Source: Nannocystales bacterium | GTDB lineage: Bacteria > Myxococcota_A > Polyangia > Nannocystales > Nannocystaceae | Direction of reading: 5' to 3' | Assembly (NCBI GenBank): GCA_050633305.1 | Contig: JBOEGF010000010.1 | Location: forward strand, 288,001 to 352,000 | Length of the DNA stretch: 64,000 nt | Shown here: piece after piece, positions 10,358 to 18,880 of the stretch | Layout of the letters: the number at the start of each line of letters is the position of its first letter | How positions within the stretch are numbered: position 1 is the first letter of the stretch | The notes under the pieces: generated by a model | The model's database searches: none | What the model saw: only the letters and a program-made list of their open reading frames with translations | Told to the model about the DNA's origin: nothing | Made by a program: the position numbers and the translations under genes

Positions 10358-10641
10358 GACTGTGGTGCCTGTGGGATCTGGTTTCGGACGAGGCGGGTCG
10401 CTGCGCCACGGGCGACGAGCGTGTCGCACCACCCTTTGCCGTCGTGCCGATAGAGAATCTGGACTCCGCGCACCCGGCCTTCGCGGAGTGCCGTGACCGC
10501 GTCGGCCAACCCGGGACTCTCCGAGGAATAGGAGGTTGCACCGCCCTTGACCCTGACTTCGTCGATTTGGGCACAGTCCGCGAGGTCGTCGACCAGGGCG
10601 CTCAGTTGGGCCTCATCGAGGTCGCCTTCGTACACGTTCAT
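10354..10641 (-). CDS. Hypothetical 95-aa protein inside the nap operon
   Basis: ATGA overlaps at both ends (MNVYEGDLDE...IPQAPQS). No signal peptide and no recognised motif. Confidence 0.65.
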   Translation of the reverse strand: MNVYEGDLDEAQLSALVDDLADCAQIDEVRVKGGATSYSSESPGLADAVTALREGRVRGVQILYRHDGKGWCDTLVARGAATRLVRNQIPQAPQS

Positions 10642-11384
10642 CCGAACCCCGGGTGCTGGTCTTTTTGCGCGGAGGAGCCGTGACACTGACGGCAATGGGT
10701 GCGCGTTGTGTGGGTGGTCCGCAGTGGGTTGGGGCCCGCCTCGCCATGGCAGGCATTGCAGCGCTCACGCATCCATGTGGTGTGCGGGATCATCGGAGGC
10801 GCGCCCGGAGCTGCACGCTCCCCGACGGAGCCCGGCCGACCCTCGAAGAGGTTCTCTCCGAAGTATGCGTCCGCGGCGGCAACATCGACGTTGGTGATGC
10901 CAGAGGACCCTGGGACGTGGCATTGCGTGCACGAAGGGTGCAGGTCGTGGCAGATCGTCGACGCCCGGTCGCCCATCGGAAACGCCATCCCATCGGCGTG
11001 GCATGTCAGGCACGCGGCGGAGCTGCGCTCCGTGATCGCGTGTGGCACCACTGGTGGAGCTCCATCGAACGCACGCCGCTCGGCGCGTTCAAGGAGCCAC
11101 CCCTCGCGTGTCGCCTCGTCCTGGCGGCCTCCGCCAACCGGTAGGTTGGCGAGCGCGCCATCGAATCCCTCGGGTTGCATCCACGGGGTTGCCCCGAGTT
11201 CCCGATAGGTTCGGGCCGGTGGTACCGACGACCCCTGCGAGCCGGCCGATTCCCGGTGCTCATGGTGTGACCGCTCCCCATTCTCCGCGGAGGGCATCAG
11301 GAGGCCGACCAAGGCGGAGCCCGCGACGAGCCCCCCCAGCAGCACGAACACGTTCCGCTGATTGTTGTAGTCGTCCCAGTTCAC
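10638..11384 (-). CDS. napB: NapB-like cytochrome c subunit, tetraheme (duplicated NapB unit)
   Basis: Two GAPPxxPH units and four CxxCH motifs (CLTCH, CTQCH, CNACH, CRQCH). N-terminal hydrophobic segment. Directly downstream of napA. Confidence 0.8.
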   Translation of the reverse strand: MNWDDYNNQRNVFVLLGGLVAGSALVGLLMPSAENGERSHHEHRESAGSQGSSVPPARTYRELGATPWMQPEGFDGALANLPVGGGRQDEATREGWLLERAERRAFDGAPPVVPHAITERSSAACLTCHADGMAFPMGDRASTICHDLHPSCTQCHVPGSSGITNVDVAAADAYFGENLFEGRPGSVGERAAPGAPPMIPHTTWMRERCNACHGEAGPNPLRTTHTTRTHCRQCHGSSAQKDQHPGFG

Positions 11385-11385
11385 T

Positions 11386-13764
11386 TCACGCCCTCCGAAC
11401 TCGTGCTGCGCACTTCTTGTAGTCGGGCTGCTTGGAGAACGGGTCGTACGCCTGGAGTGTCAGGTTGTTGACCTGCAAACGCTCGTCGAAGAAGGGAATG
11501 AAAATGTTCCCGCGCTGTGGAGCTCCGCGACCGTCGATCCACGCTGTCAGTTCCAACTGGCCCCGACGTGTCTCCACGACGACCTTCTGACCATCCTGCA
11601 CGCCAAGCTCGGCGGCATCTTCGGGGTTCAACTCGACGTACGCTGATGGCATGGCCCGCCTGCAGGGACGCATGCGCATCGTCATCGTGCCGGAGTGCCA
11701 ATGCTCGAGGACTCGCCCGGTACACAGCCACAACGGGTACTCCGCGTCGGGGACCTCCGGTGGCGCGACGTAGGGCCTCAACCACAGCTGCGCCCGGCCA
11801 TCCTTGGTGGTCGAATGATAGAAGTCCACCCCCTTGCCTTCTTCTACGTACGGGTCGTAGCCCTCCGCGAATCGGAAGCGCGTCTCCTTCCAAGACCCGT
11901 CGTCTTGCTGGACCACGGGCCACCGCATGCCTCGTGCCTTGACGTACTCGGAGTAGGGGGCGAGGTCCTTGTGCTTGAGCCGCGAGAACTTGCGGTACTC
12001 CTCGAACAGTTGCTCGTCGACGTTGATGTCGTAGTAGCGGTCGAAGTTCCAGACCTGCACTTCTTTGCCCGCTTCGTCTTCCATGCGGAACAAGAACTTG
12101 CCGTCCCGGTCCTTCATCTCGGGACGCCCGCGGTCATACAGACGGCGTGCGACTGCAATCGTCTGCCAGCAGTCGTCCCGTGCCTCTCCCGGCGGTTGCA
12201 CCATCTTGAACCACTGTTGGGTCCGGCGCTCCGAGTTGCCGACCATGCCGTTCTTCTCCACCCACATCGCCGAGGGCAAGACCAAGTCGGCGATCTCGGT
12301 GGTTGCGGTTGGGTAGACATCCGACACGATGAGAAACGCGTCCTCTCGCTTGCGGGAAGGAGCGACGAGCGCACCTCGGTTGGGCAGAGTCTGCGCCGGG
12401 TTGGTGACCTGCACCCAGATGGTGTGGATGTCTCCGCCCTCCTTCGAAAACGACTCCCACATCGCGACGGTGTGAAGACCGGGCTTGGGGTTCACGCGAC
12501 CCGGTGGGAGATTCCAGATCTTCTCGGTCTGCTCGCGATGCGCGTCGTTCTTGACGACCCGCCCACCGGGAAGCGCGTGGGCCAAGGTGCCGACTTCTCG
12601 GACGGTGCCACAAGCCGAGGGCTGCCCGGTGAGGCTCGTGGGAGCATCCCCAGGTTTCCCGAAATGCCCGCTGAGTAGGTGCACGCCGTGGACCATCGAG
12701 TTGACGGCCGTACCCTGGGTGTGTTGGTTCATTCCCATGCACCACAGGCTCGTGATGCGGAGTTTGGGGTCGCCGAAGAGGTCGGCGAGCATCTCGACCT
12801 GGGCCGCCGGAACTCCGCTGAGCTCCTCCACCCGTTGCGGCGTGTACTCGGCCAGTCCCTCCCGATACTCCTCGAAAGTGATCGGCTTTCCGTGAAGCGA
12901 TGGCGGATCGCTATCCGCCCGGAATGCGCAGTGGTCTTCGACAAACTTGCTGTCGTAGGAACCGCGCTCGAGCAAGAGGTGGGCTATCCCATTTGCGATC
13001 GCCATGTCGCCCTGGGGCTTCATCGCGAGATAGTCGTCGGCGAAATCCGTGCTCCGCGTACGACGGGTTCCGATGTCGATGATTCGGACGTCCTCGCCCT
13101 TTTCTTGGCGCGCGAGAACCCGGGAGAACAAGATGGGATGCATCTCGGCGGGGTTGTTCCCCCAGAGAATCAGGACATCGCAGACATCGAGGTCGTCGTA
13201 GCATCCCGCCGGTTCGTCCACGCCGTAGACCGCGAGAAACCCCGTGACGGCGGAAGCCATGCACAATCGTGCGTTGGGATCGATTTGGTTGTTGGCCAGG
13301 CCTCCTTTGATGAACTTCTGGGCCGCGTACCCCTCGGGAATGGTCCACTGGCCTGAGCCATAGAATCCAAAACCGTCAGGACCCTTCTCGACCCGATCCG
13401 CGATCACGTCGATCGCTTCGTCCCACGAGATCGGCACGAGCTTTCCATTCTTACGAAGCAGCGGTTGGCGCAGTCGGTCGGCTCCGTAGAGCGCCAATCC
13501 CACGTGGTAGCCCTTGACGCACAGCAAGCCCTTGTTCACCTCGGCTTGCTTGTCACCTCGAACCGCAACCACCTCGCCTTCGGCAACGCCGACTTCGACG
13601 TGGCAGCCCGTCCCGCAGAACCGGCACGGAGCCTTGTTCCATTCCAGACCCTCGGGAGGATTGGCGAGCTCCTCGGTCGGCAAGACCGCCAGTGCATCAC
13701 GGCTCGCGCTCGCGGCTGCGGCAACCGCCGCTCCCTTCATGAAGTTGCGTCGTGTTCCCGTCAT
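11386..13764 (-). CDS. napA: Periplasmic nitrate reductase catalytic subunit
   Basis: Tat signal TRRNFMK; KAPCRFCGTGC...LLCVKG Fe-S motif; NARLCMASAV (Mo-ligand Cys); SLTGQPSACGT; TGRVLEHWHSGTMT; SKQPDYKKCA. Confidence 0.95.
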   Translation of the reverse strand: MTGTRRNFMKGAAVAAAASASRDALAVLPTEELANPPEGLEWNKAPCRFCGTGCHVEVGVAEGEVVAVRGDKQAEVNKGLLCVKGYHVGLALYGADRLRQPLLRKNGKLVPISWDEAIDVIADRVEKGPDGFGFYGSGQWTIPEGYAAQKFIKGGLANNQIDPNARLCMASAVTGFLAVYGVDEPAGCYDDLDVCDVLILWGNNPAEMHPILFSRVLARQEKGEDVRIIDIGTRRTRSTDFADDYLAMKPQGDMAIANGIAHLLLERGSYDSKFVEDHCAFRADSDPPSLHGKPITFEEYREGLAEYTPQRVEELSGVPAAQVEMLADLFGDPKLRITSLWCMGMNQHTQGTAVNSMVHGVHLLSGHFGKPGDAPTSLTGQPSACGTVREVGTLAHALPGGRVVKNDAHREQTEKIWNLPPGRVNPKPGLHTVAMWESFSKEGGDIHTIWVQVTNPAQTLPNRGALVAPSRKREDAFLIVSDVYPTATTEIADLVLPSAMWVEKNGMVGNSERRTQQWFKMVQPPGEARDDCWQTIAVARRLYDRGRPEMKDRDGKFLFRMEDEAGKEVQVWNFDRYYDINVDEQLFEEYRKFSRLKHKDLAPYSEYVKARGMRWPVVQQDDGSWKETRFRFAEGYDPYVEEGKGVDFYHSTTKDGRAQLWLRPYVAPPEVPDAEYPLWLCTGRVLEHWHSGTMTMRMRPCRRAMPSAYVELNPEDAAELGVQDGQKVVVETRRGQLELTAWIDGRGAPQRGNIFIPFFDERLQVNNLTLQAYDPFSKQPDYKKCAARVRRA

Positions 13765-15041
13765 GGCGTGGTCGTTTCTGCCGAGGTGTCGTTGTCCTCG
13801 GGTGCGGTGTTGGAAGTCGAGCTGAGTTGCTCAGCGCCGCTGTACACAGCGACCGAGAGCTTCGCGCCTATCGTGTAGATCATCAGCCCCAGGGCCCAGA
13901 TCCCGACCGAGACCTTCCACTCCACCAGGTTGGGCACGTACTCCACGATTTCGTGCAGGGTGCTCGGGACGAAGCCGGGGACGATGAGGCCCATGCCTTT
14001 CTCGATCCAGATCCCCGCCAGTGCGAAGGCGCAGCCCACGTTGACGCGGAACCTGTTCCGGCGAACGCTCGAGAAGACGAAGATGATGGCTGACGTGACG
14101 TTCAGCGCGATCGAGGACCAGATCCACGGGACTAGCGCGTCATGCCCATCGAGCCCCCGATAGAGGTAGATAGCGCCCGCCGCGTGTGCACCTCCGGTGT
14201 AGAAGAGCGTGAACACTTCGGACAGCATCAAGAATAGGTTGACGATCGCCGTCACCCGCATGATCGCGAGCAACGTGCGAAGTGGCCCGTCTCCCATGTC
14301 GAAGGAGGTCACCCGGCGCACGATCTGCAACGCGACGAGGATGAACGCGGGCCCGGTTACGAACGCAGAGGCGATGAAGCGCGGCGCCAGGATCGCTGTG
14401 TTCCAGAACGGCCGACCGCCGAGTCCCGAGTACAGGAATGCCGTGACGGTGTGGATGGAGACCGCCCAGACGATCGACATCAACACGACCGGAACGTAGA
14501 ACCTCGCGGTTGGCCGCACGCCGATGAAGCGCGTATAGAGGAGGTACCCGGCGATGTGCAGGTTGAACAGCAGATAGCCGGACAACACGATCACATCCCA
14601 GGTGAGCATCGACATCGGCCAGTTGAAGCGGCCGATGCCCGGGATGATGTGCCAGAAGCGGTCGGGGCGACCAATGTCGACGGCCACGAACCCCAGCGCC
14701 ACCACGATCGCTGCGATCGCGAGGAACTCCCCTGCGAGCACCACTTTGTGCATCTCGTGGTCTTTGTAGAGGTAGGCGGGGATGACCATCATGACCCCGC
14801 CCGCCGCAAGGCCGACGAAGTACGTCAGGTTGGCGATGTAGATGCCCCACGAGACGTGGTCGGACATCGCGGTCACGCCCATGCCCTCCGCAGTCTGCCG
14901 GCTGAACGCGTCCAGGCCGACGAGCATGACGAGGAACAACCCCCCCATCCACGCGTAGTAGTAGCCATTCCCCTCGAGCGAGGAGAGGAGGCACCGCAGC
15001 AGGAAGCGCGGGTAGCTTTGGCTGTGGAGGGGTTTACTCAT
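13761..15041 (-). CDS. NrfD/PsrC/DsrP-family quinol-interacting membrane subunit
   Basis: Polytopic; SDHVSWGIYIAN, VDIGRPDRFWH, SIHTVTAFLY and RPFWNTAILAPRF motifs. Start placed at ATG 15041, overlapping the upstream stop. Confidence 0.88.
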   Translation of the reverse strand: MSKPLHSQSYPRFLLRCLLSSLEGNGYYYAWMGGLFLVMLVGLDAFSRQTAEGMGVTAMSDHVSWGIYIANLTYFVGLAAGGVMMVIPAYLYKDHEMHKVVLAGEFLAIAAIVVALGFVAVDIGRPDRFWHIIPGIGRFNWPMSMLTWDVIVLSGYLLFNLHIAGYLLYTRFIGVRPTARFYVPVVLMSIVWAVSIHTVTAFLYSGLGGRPFWNTAILAPRFIASAFVTGPAFILVALQIVRRVTSFDMGDGPLRTLLAIMRVTAIVNLFLMLSEVFTLFYTGGAHAAGAIYLYRGLDGHDALVPWIWSSIALNVTSAIIFVFSSVRRNRFRVNVGCAFALAGIWIEKGMGLIVPGFVPSTLHEIVEYVPNLVEWKVSVGIWALGLMIYTIGAKLSVAVYSGAEQLSSTSNTAPEDNDTSAETTTP

Positions 15042-15939
15042 CGAAAAAGTAGAAGAACCGAGGTTTTGTTCCGAGTTCCTCTTTGAGGACGAAGACCCGC
15101 TTGTTCTCCAAGATCCAACGGATTTCTGACTCGGGGTCGAGCACGTTTCCGAACACTCGGGAACCGGTTGGGCACGCTTCGAGGCATGCAGGCAGTCGAC
15201 CTTCACGAGTTCGGTGCAGGCAGAACGTGCACTTCTCGATCACACCCTGAGGTCGGATGCGGTTGGAGAGGTACGCCTGATCGGGGTTGATCTCTTCTGC
15301 AGGGATCTCGGGCTTGTGCCAGTTGAACCGGCGGGCGTGGTAGGGGCACGCCGCCTCGCAGTAGCGGCATCCGATGCACCAGTCGTAGTCGACGACGACG
15401 ATGCCGTCGGACTCCTGCCAGGTGGCCTCGACCGGGCAGACCTTCACGCACGGGGCGTTCTCGCACTGCTGGCACTGCACCGGCATGTAGAACTTGTCTT
15501 TTGCTGGAACCGGGTGGTTGTAGCCCGCGTTGCCGTGCTCGAAGTCCATGCTGCCCTTCTCCATCTCGAACACACGGATGTAGGACTGGTGTGAGGCGCG
15601 GTCGTGGTTGTTCTCCAGGTGGCACGCCTCTGCACACTTCCGGCATCCGTTGCAGATGCTCAGGTTGAGGGCGTACCCGAAGACGACGCCAGGTATCGGG
15701 CGAACATCCTTGATCTCGACGTCGGCGCCGTACTCCGCTTTGCATGCTGCTTCGTGCCGAGCCAGGACCTCCGCCAGGTCATCCGGACCGAGTTCTCGGT
15801 AGTGGTCCTGAAGGAAACCGTCGAGATCGAGCCCCTCTCCCCACTGAGCAAGCGGAGCGACGGCCTTGAGGAACCCTGCGCCCCCGAGCGTCGCGCCAAG
15901 GACTTTTAGGTGCGTGCGCCTCGTTGTCTTTGTTTTCAC
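15034..15939 (-). CDS. Tat-exported 4Fe-4S dicluster protein (NrfC/DsrO/PsrB family)
   Basis: TRRTHLK twin-arginine; CNGCRKC, CQQCENAPCVKVCP, CIGCRYCEAACP and CTFC..PACLEACP clusters. Confidence 0.9.
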   Translation of the reverse strand: MKTKTTRRTHLKVLGATLGGAGFLKAVAPLAQWGEGLDLDGFLQDHYRELGPDDLAEVLARHEAACKAEYGADVEIKDVRPIPGVVFGYALNLSICNGCRKCAEACHLENNHDRASHQSYIRVFEMEKGSMDFEHGNAGYNHPVPAKDKFYMPVQCQQCENAPCVKVCPVEATWQESDGIVVVDYDWCIGCRYCEAACPYHARRFNWHKPEIPAEEINPDQAYLSNRIRPQGVIEKCTFCLHRTREGRLPACLEACPTGSRVFGNVLDPESEIRWILENKRVFVLKEELGTKPRFFYFFDE

Positions 15940-16634
15940 TCGTGTCGCTCCAAGTCAGCGGGGGGCGGCTCGGGGTACACGACGGGGTACGCGGGAACAT
16001 GCGCGCCGTGGCAGGCCAGACAGTGGTTTCGCTCGCGCGGACCACGGCTCAGGTCCCAGTACCCATTCATGCCTCCGTGGGCGCCGTGGTCGTAGTCTCG
16101 TTTCTGCGGGCCATGGCACTGCGCGCACAGCCGCATGGCATTGGGGAACTCGACGTGCTGTCCGTCCGCGAGCCGCAAACGGTCTCGGTTGTCGCGGTCG
16201 TGGCACGCGTAGCAACTGAGGTCGCCGTGCGAGAGCGAGATCGACGCGTGTACGACCCGCCCCTGAGGGTTCTGAGCTGCCATCCCGCCGTCCGACCCCG
16301 CATGGCAGACGGAACACGCGACGACGACCGGCTTACCCGTCGAAGTTCGGTCTTGTGTTCGGAGCCCCGCGGCTGCCTCGCGCCAACGGATCGTGGTCGG
16401 ATGAACGTTGTCCGACGTTCGGGCGCTCGCCTCTCCCGATGCCACGGCTCTCGACTCGCAACCGACCCCGCCGAAAAGGAACGCAACACCCAGCAGAGCC
16501 AAGCGGGCGCCGTACTGGAGGGGCAGAAGTGGCTCCGCGGCCCGCTGGGGAGGGCTCCGGCGGAAGGCGTCGTCCCCGTCGCCGGCTTCCGCAGATCGCG
16601 TCGAGTAGCTTGTCACGCATTGGTTGCGTAACAC
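15936..16634 (-). CDS. Tetraheme c-type cytochrome, probable lipoprotein (true start uncertain, probably downstream of 16634)
   Basis: CSVCH, CYACH, CAQCH and CLACH motifs. Hydrophobic stretch ending in GVGC. GTGA overlap with the next gene. Confidence 0.8.
   Translation of the reverse strand: MLRNQCVTSYSTRSAEAGDGDDAFRRSPPQRAAEPLLPLQYGARLALLGVAFLFGGVGCESRAVASGEASARTSDNVHPTTIRWREAAAGLRTQDRTSTGKPVVVACSVCHAGSDGGMAAQNPQGRVVHASISLSHGDLSCYACHDRDNRDRLRLADGQHVEFPNAMRLCAQCHGPQKRDYDHGAHGGMNGYWDLSRGPRERNHCLACHGAHVPAYPVVYPEPPPADLERHE
16611..16633. promoter_or_regulatory. Putative operator upstream of the nap operon
   Basis: Inverted repeat TGTCACGCA-N5-TGCGTAACA with one mismatch. Confidence 0.4.
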
Positions 16635-16889
16635 CGTTCAACACCCTCAGAACGGCCCAAATCGTCATGTTAGGCAGCAATCGCTGCGGGGTGGGGGAGA
16701 GGGGGAACGCAGGAGATTCCGGCAAGAAAGACGGTTCTCCGTGCACGGCCACGTGTGGCCCCCATCGTGGTTCGGTGGCGAGCGAAAGGTGGGCGCGTTT
16801 TATCCGCCTGCAGTCGTTTGAGGACGGGGAGGTCGCCGACGTGTCGTGGACCGCGGTTTCGCTGGGCAGCTGGAGACCGGGCGGGGTTG

Positions 16890-17594
16890 CTAGAGCGAGC
16901 CGGCGATCTCTTCGACGATGCCCTTCGCGGCGGTGGCAGGGTCTTCGGCCTTCATGATGGGTCGGCCCACGACGAGGTGCGTCGCGCCACGCTCGATCGC
17001 CATCGCTGGCGTCATGACTCGCTTCTGGTCGCCGACCGCGGAGCCCGCGGGTCGAATCCCCGGCACCACCTTGAACAAGTCTGGCGCTGCAGCGCACACG
17101 CGCTCCAGTTCCTGGCCGCTACACACGAGTCCGGCACACCCTGCCTCCGCTGCGCACTTGGCCCGCATTTCGACCAACTCGGCTGCGGACCGGGTGTGCC
17201 CCGCTTCTTTGCACGCTTGCTCATCTTGGCTGGTCAGGACGGTGACGGCGAGGATGCCGAGGTCGTCACCGGCTTCCTCGACGCAGGCCTTGAGGTGCTC
17301 GACACCGCTGCCCGCATGTACCGTCACGAATCGTGCGCCGAGGCTTCTTGCGCTGGCGATCGCACCGCGCATCGTGTTGGGGATGTCGTGGATCTTGAGG
17401 TCGAGGAACACGTCCACGTCGGGAAATCGCTCCCGCAGCGTTCGAACGACACTGGGCCCCTCGGCGATGAAGAGCTGAAGCCCGACCTTGAACATGCCGA
17501 CACTTCCTTGGAGCTGCTCCGCGCTCGCAAGCGCAGTTGCGGCATCAGGAACGTCCAGGGCGACGATGAGGCGGCTTCGAGCGCTGTCGGTCAC
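16890..17594 (-). CDS. pyrF: Orotidine-5'-phosphate decarboxylase
   Basis: LIVALD, FKVGLQL, FLDLKIHDIPNT, AVTVLTS, VPGIRP..DQKR and VVGRPI motifs. Start placed at GTG 17594. Confidence 0.95.
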   Translation of the reverse strand: MTDSARSRLIVALDVPDAATALASAEQLQGSVGMFKVGLQLFIAEGPSVVRTLRERFPDVDVFLDLKIHDIPNTMRGAIASARSLGARFVTVHAGSGVEHLKACVEEAGDDLGILAVTVLTSQDEQACKEAGHTRSAAELVEMRAKCAAEAGCAGLVCSGQELERVCAAAPDLFKVVPGIRPAGSAVGDQKRVMTPAMAIERGATHLVVGRPIMKAEDPATAAKGIVEEIAGSL

Positions 17595-17640
17595 GGCCCG
17601 GTTGTAGCGTGCTGGCTCTTCAGCAGGCAAGCTCGGCCGC

Positions 17641-18780
17641 ATGACCGATTCTCGTCAAGCGTTGTTCGAGTTGCTCGAGTCTGGCGTGGGAGAGGTCTTC
17701 CCCGGTTGTGTCGCGCTGGTATGGCGCGACGGCGCGACGCTCTACCACGAGGCCCACGGAACGGTTGCCACGCACCGGTGGATCCCCGCCGAAGGGAAGC
17801 CGGTGGTTCGTGAGCAGATCTACGACCTTGCCTCGCTGACCAAGATCTTGTGCACGACGTCGCTCGTCGGGCTCGCGGTCTCCGAAGGGGCCCTCGAACT
17901 CGACATGCCGGTGCCTGAACCGTGGAACGCTGGGTGCCCGGGAGCCACGCTTGCCGACCTGCTGGAGCATTGCTCTGGCTATCCCGCACATCGGGAGTAC
18001 TTCAACGAGGTCGAGCCCTACAGCGCGGAGGGGATCCTCGAGAAGATCGCTGCGACGCCGCCCGACTACCCGCTGCGGACGAAGGCGGTCTACTCGGACT
18101 TGGGGTTCATGGTGCTGGGCCGATGGTTGGAGCAGGCGTATGGCCGTGACCTCGACGTGTTGTTCACCGACAAGGTGATGCTCGCCCTTGGGCTTGATGA
18201 TTCACCGATTCCGCATCTTGGGTTCTATCCGCTCAACGGAAATCCTCCCCCGCCGCGTCCGCATCTCGAGCGCATCGCTCCGACCGAGGTCTATGACCCT
18301 GACCTCCATCCCAGCGGAGTACCCTCGCACTTCGATATGCGGAAGAACGCGGCGGTTGCCCATGGGCTTGTGCACGACGACAACGCGTACGTTTGGGGAG
18401 GCGTTGCTGGCCACGCCGGGCTCTTCGGGACCGCGCATGGCGTCCTGGAGGTTGCGAGAGCCTGGGTCTTGAATCTCCTGCCGGGACTGACTCCGGCGGT
18501 GCGCGACCGGTTCTGGCAGCCGAGCACCGTGGTGGGATCGACGCGGCGGCTGGGATGGGACGGACCGTCTGAGGATGGCTCGGGAACCGCCGGCAATGCC
18601 GTCACATCCGCCGCGGTGGGGCACACCGGCTACACGGGCACAAGTTTGTGGGTCGACCCCAACGCACACGGAGGCCCCACGATCTGCGTTCTGCTGAGCA
18701 ACCGCGTGCATCCGATTCGTACCAACGATGCGATTCGGAGGTTTCGTCCCCGGTTCCACGAAGCAGCGTTTGCGCTCTGA
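17641..18780 (+). CDS. Serine hydrolase, beta-lactamase family
   Basis: DLASLTK (SxxK), YSDLGF, GVAGHAGLF, GHTGYTGTSLW and LSNRVHP motifs. Confidence 0.9.
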   Translation: MTDSRQALFELLESGVGEVFPGCVALVWRDGATLYHEAHGTVATHRWIPAEGKPVVREQIYDLASLTKILCTTSLVGLAVSEGALELDMPVPEPWNAGCPGATLADLLEHCSGYPAHREYFNEVEPYSAEGILEKIAATPPDYPLRTKAVYSDLGFMVLGRWLEQAYGRDLDVLFTDKVMLALGLDDSPIPHLGFYPLNGNPPPPRPHLERIAPTEVYDPDLHPSGVPSHFDMRKNAAVAHGLVHDDNAYVWGGVAGHAGLFGTAHGVLEVARAWVLNLLPGLTPAVRDRFWQPSTVVGSTRRLGWDGPSEDGSGTAGNAVTSAAVGHTGYTGTSLWVDPNAHGGPTICVLLSNRVHPIRTNDAIRRFRPRFHEAAFAL

Positions 18781-18880
18781 AGACGAGCCTGCTACCGAGC
18801 CCGCTGGGGTAGAACGATTCGGCCGTGCTGTGCGTAGGCAGTTGCGGTCGCGCTACCCTACGCCCGCCGCCCGCCTGATC

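Noticed and set aside
11386..13764. Formate dehydrogenase or assimilatory nitrate reductase
   Set aside because: The Tat signal, the LCMASA and GQPSACGT motifs and the adjacent NapB-like gene identify NapA.
13761..16634. Dissimilatory sulfate reduction (DsrMKJOP) or alternative complex III
   Set aside because: No dsrMK, dsrAB or other act subunits are present; the module is coupled to napA.
17641..18780. Antibiotic-resistance beta-lactamase
   Set aside because: The motifs fit the broad esterase/peptidoglycan-hydrolase branch of the family; nothing indicates resistance.
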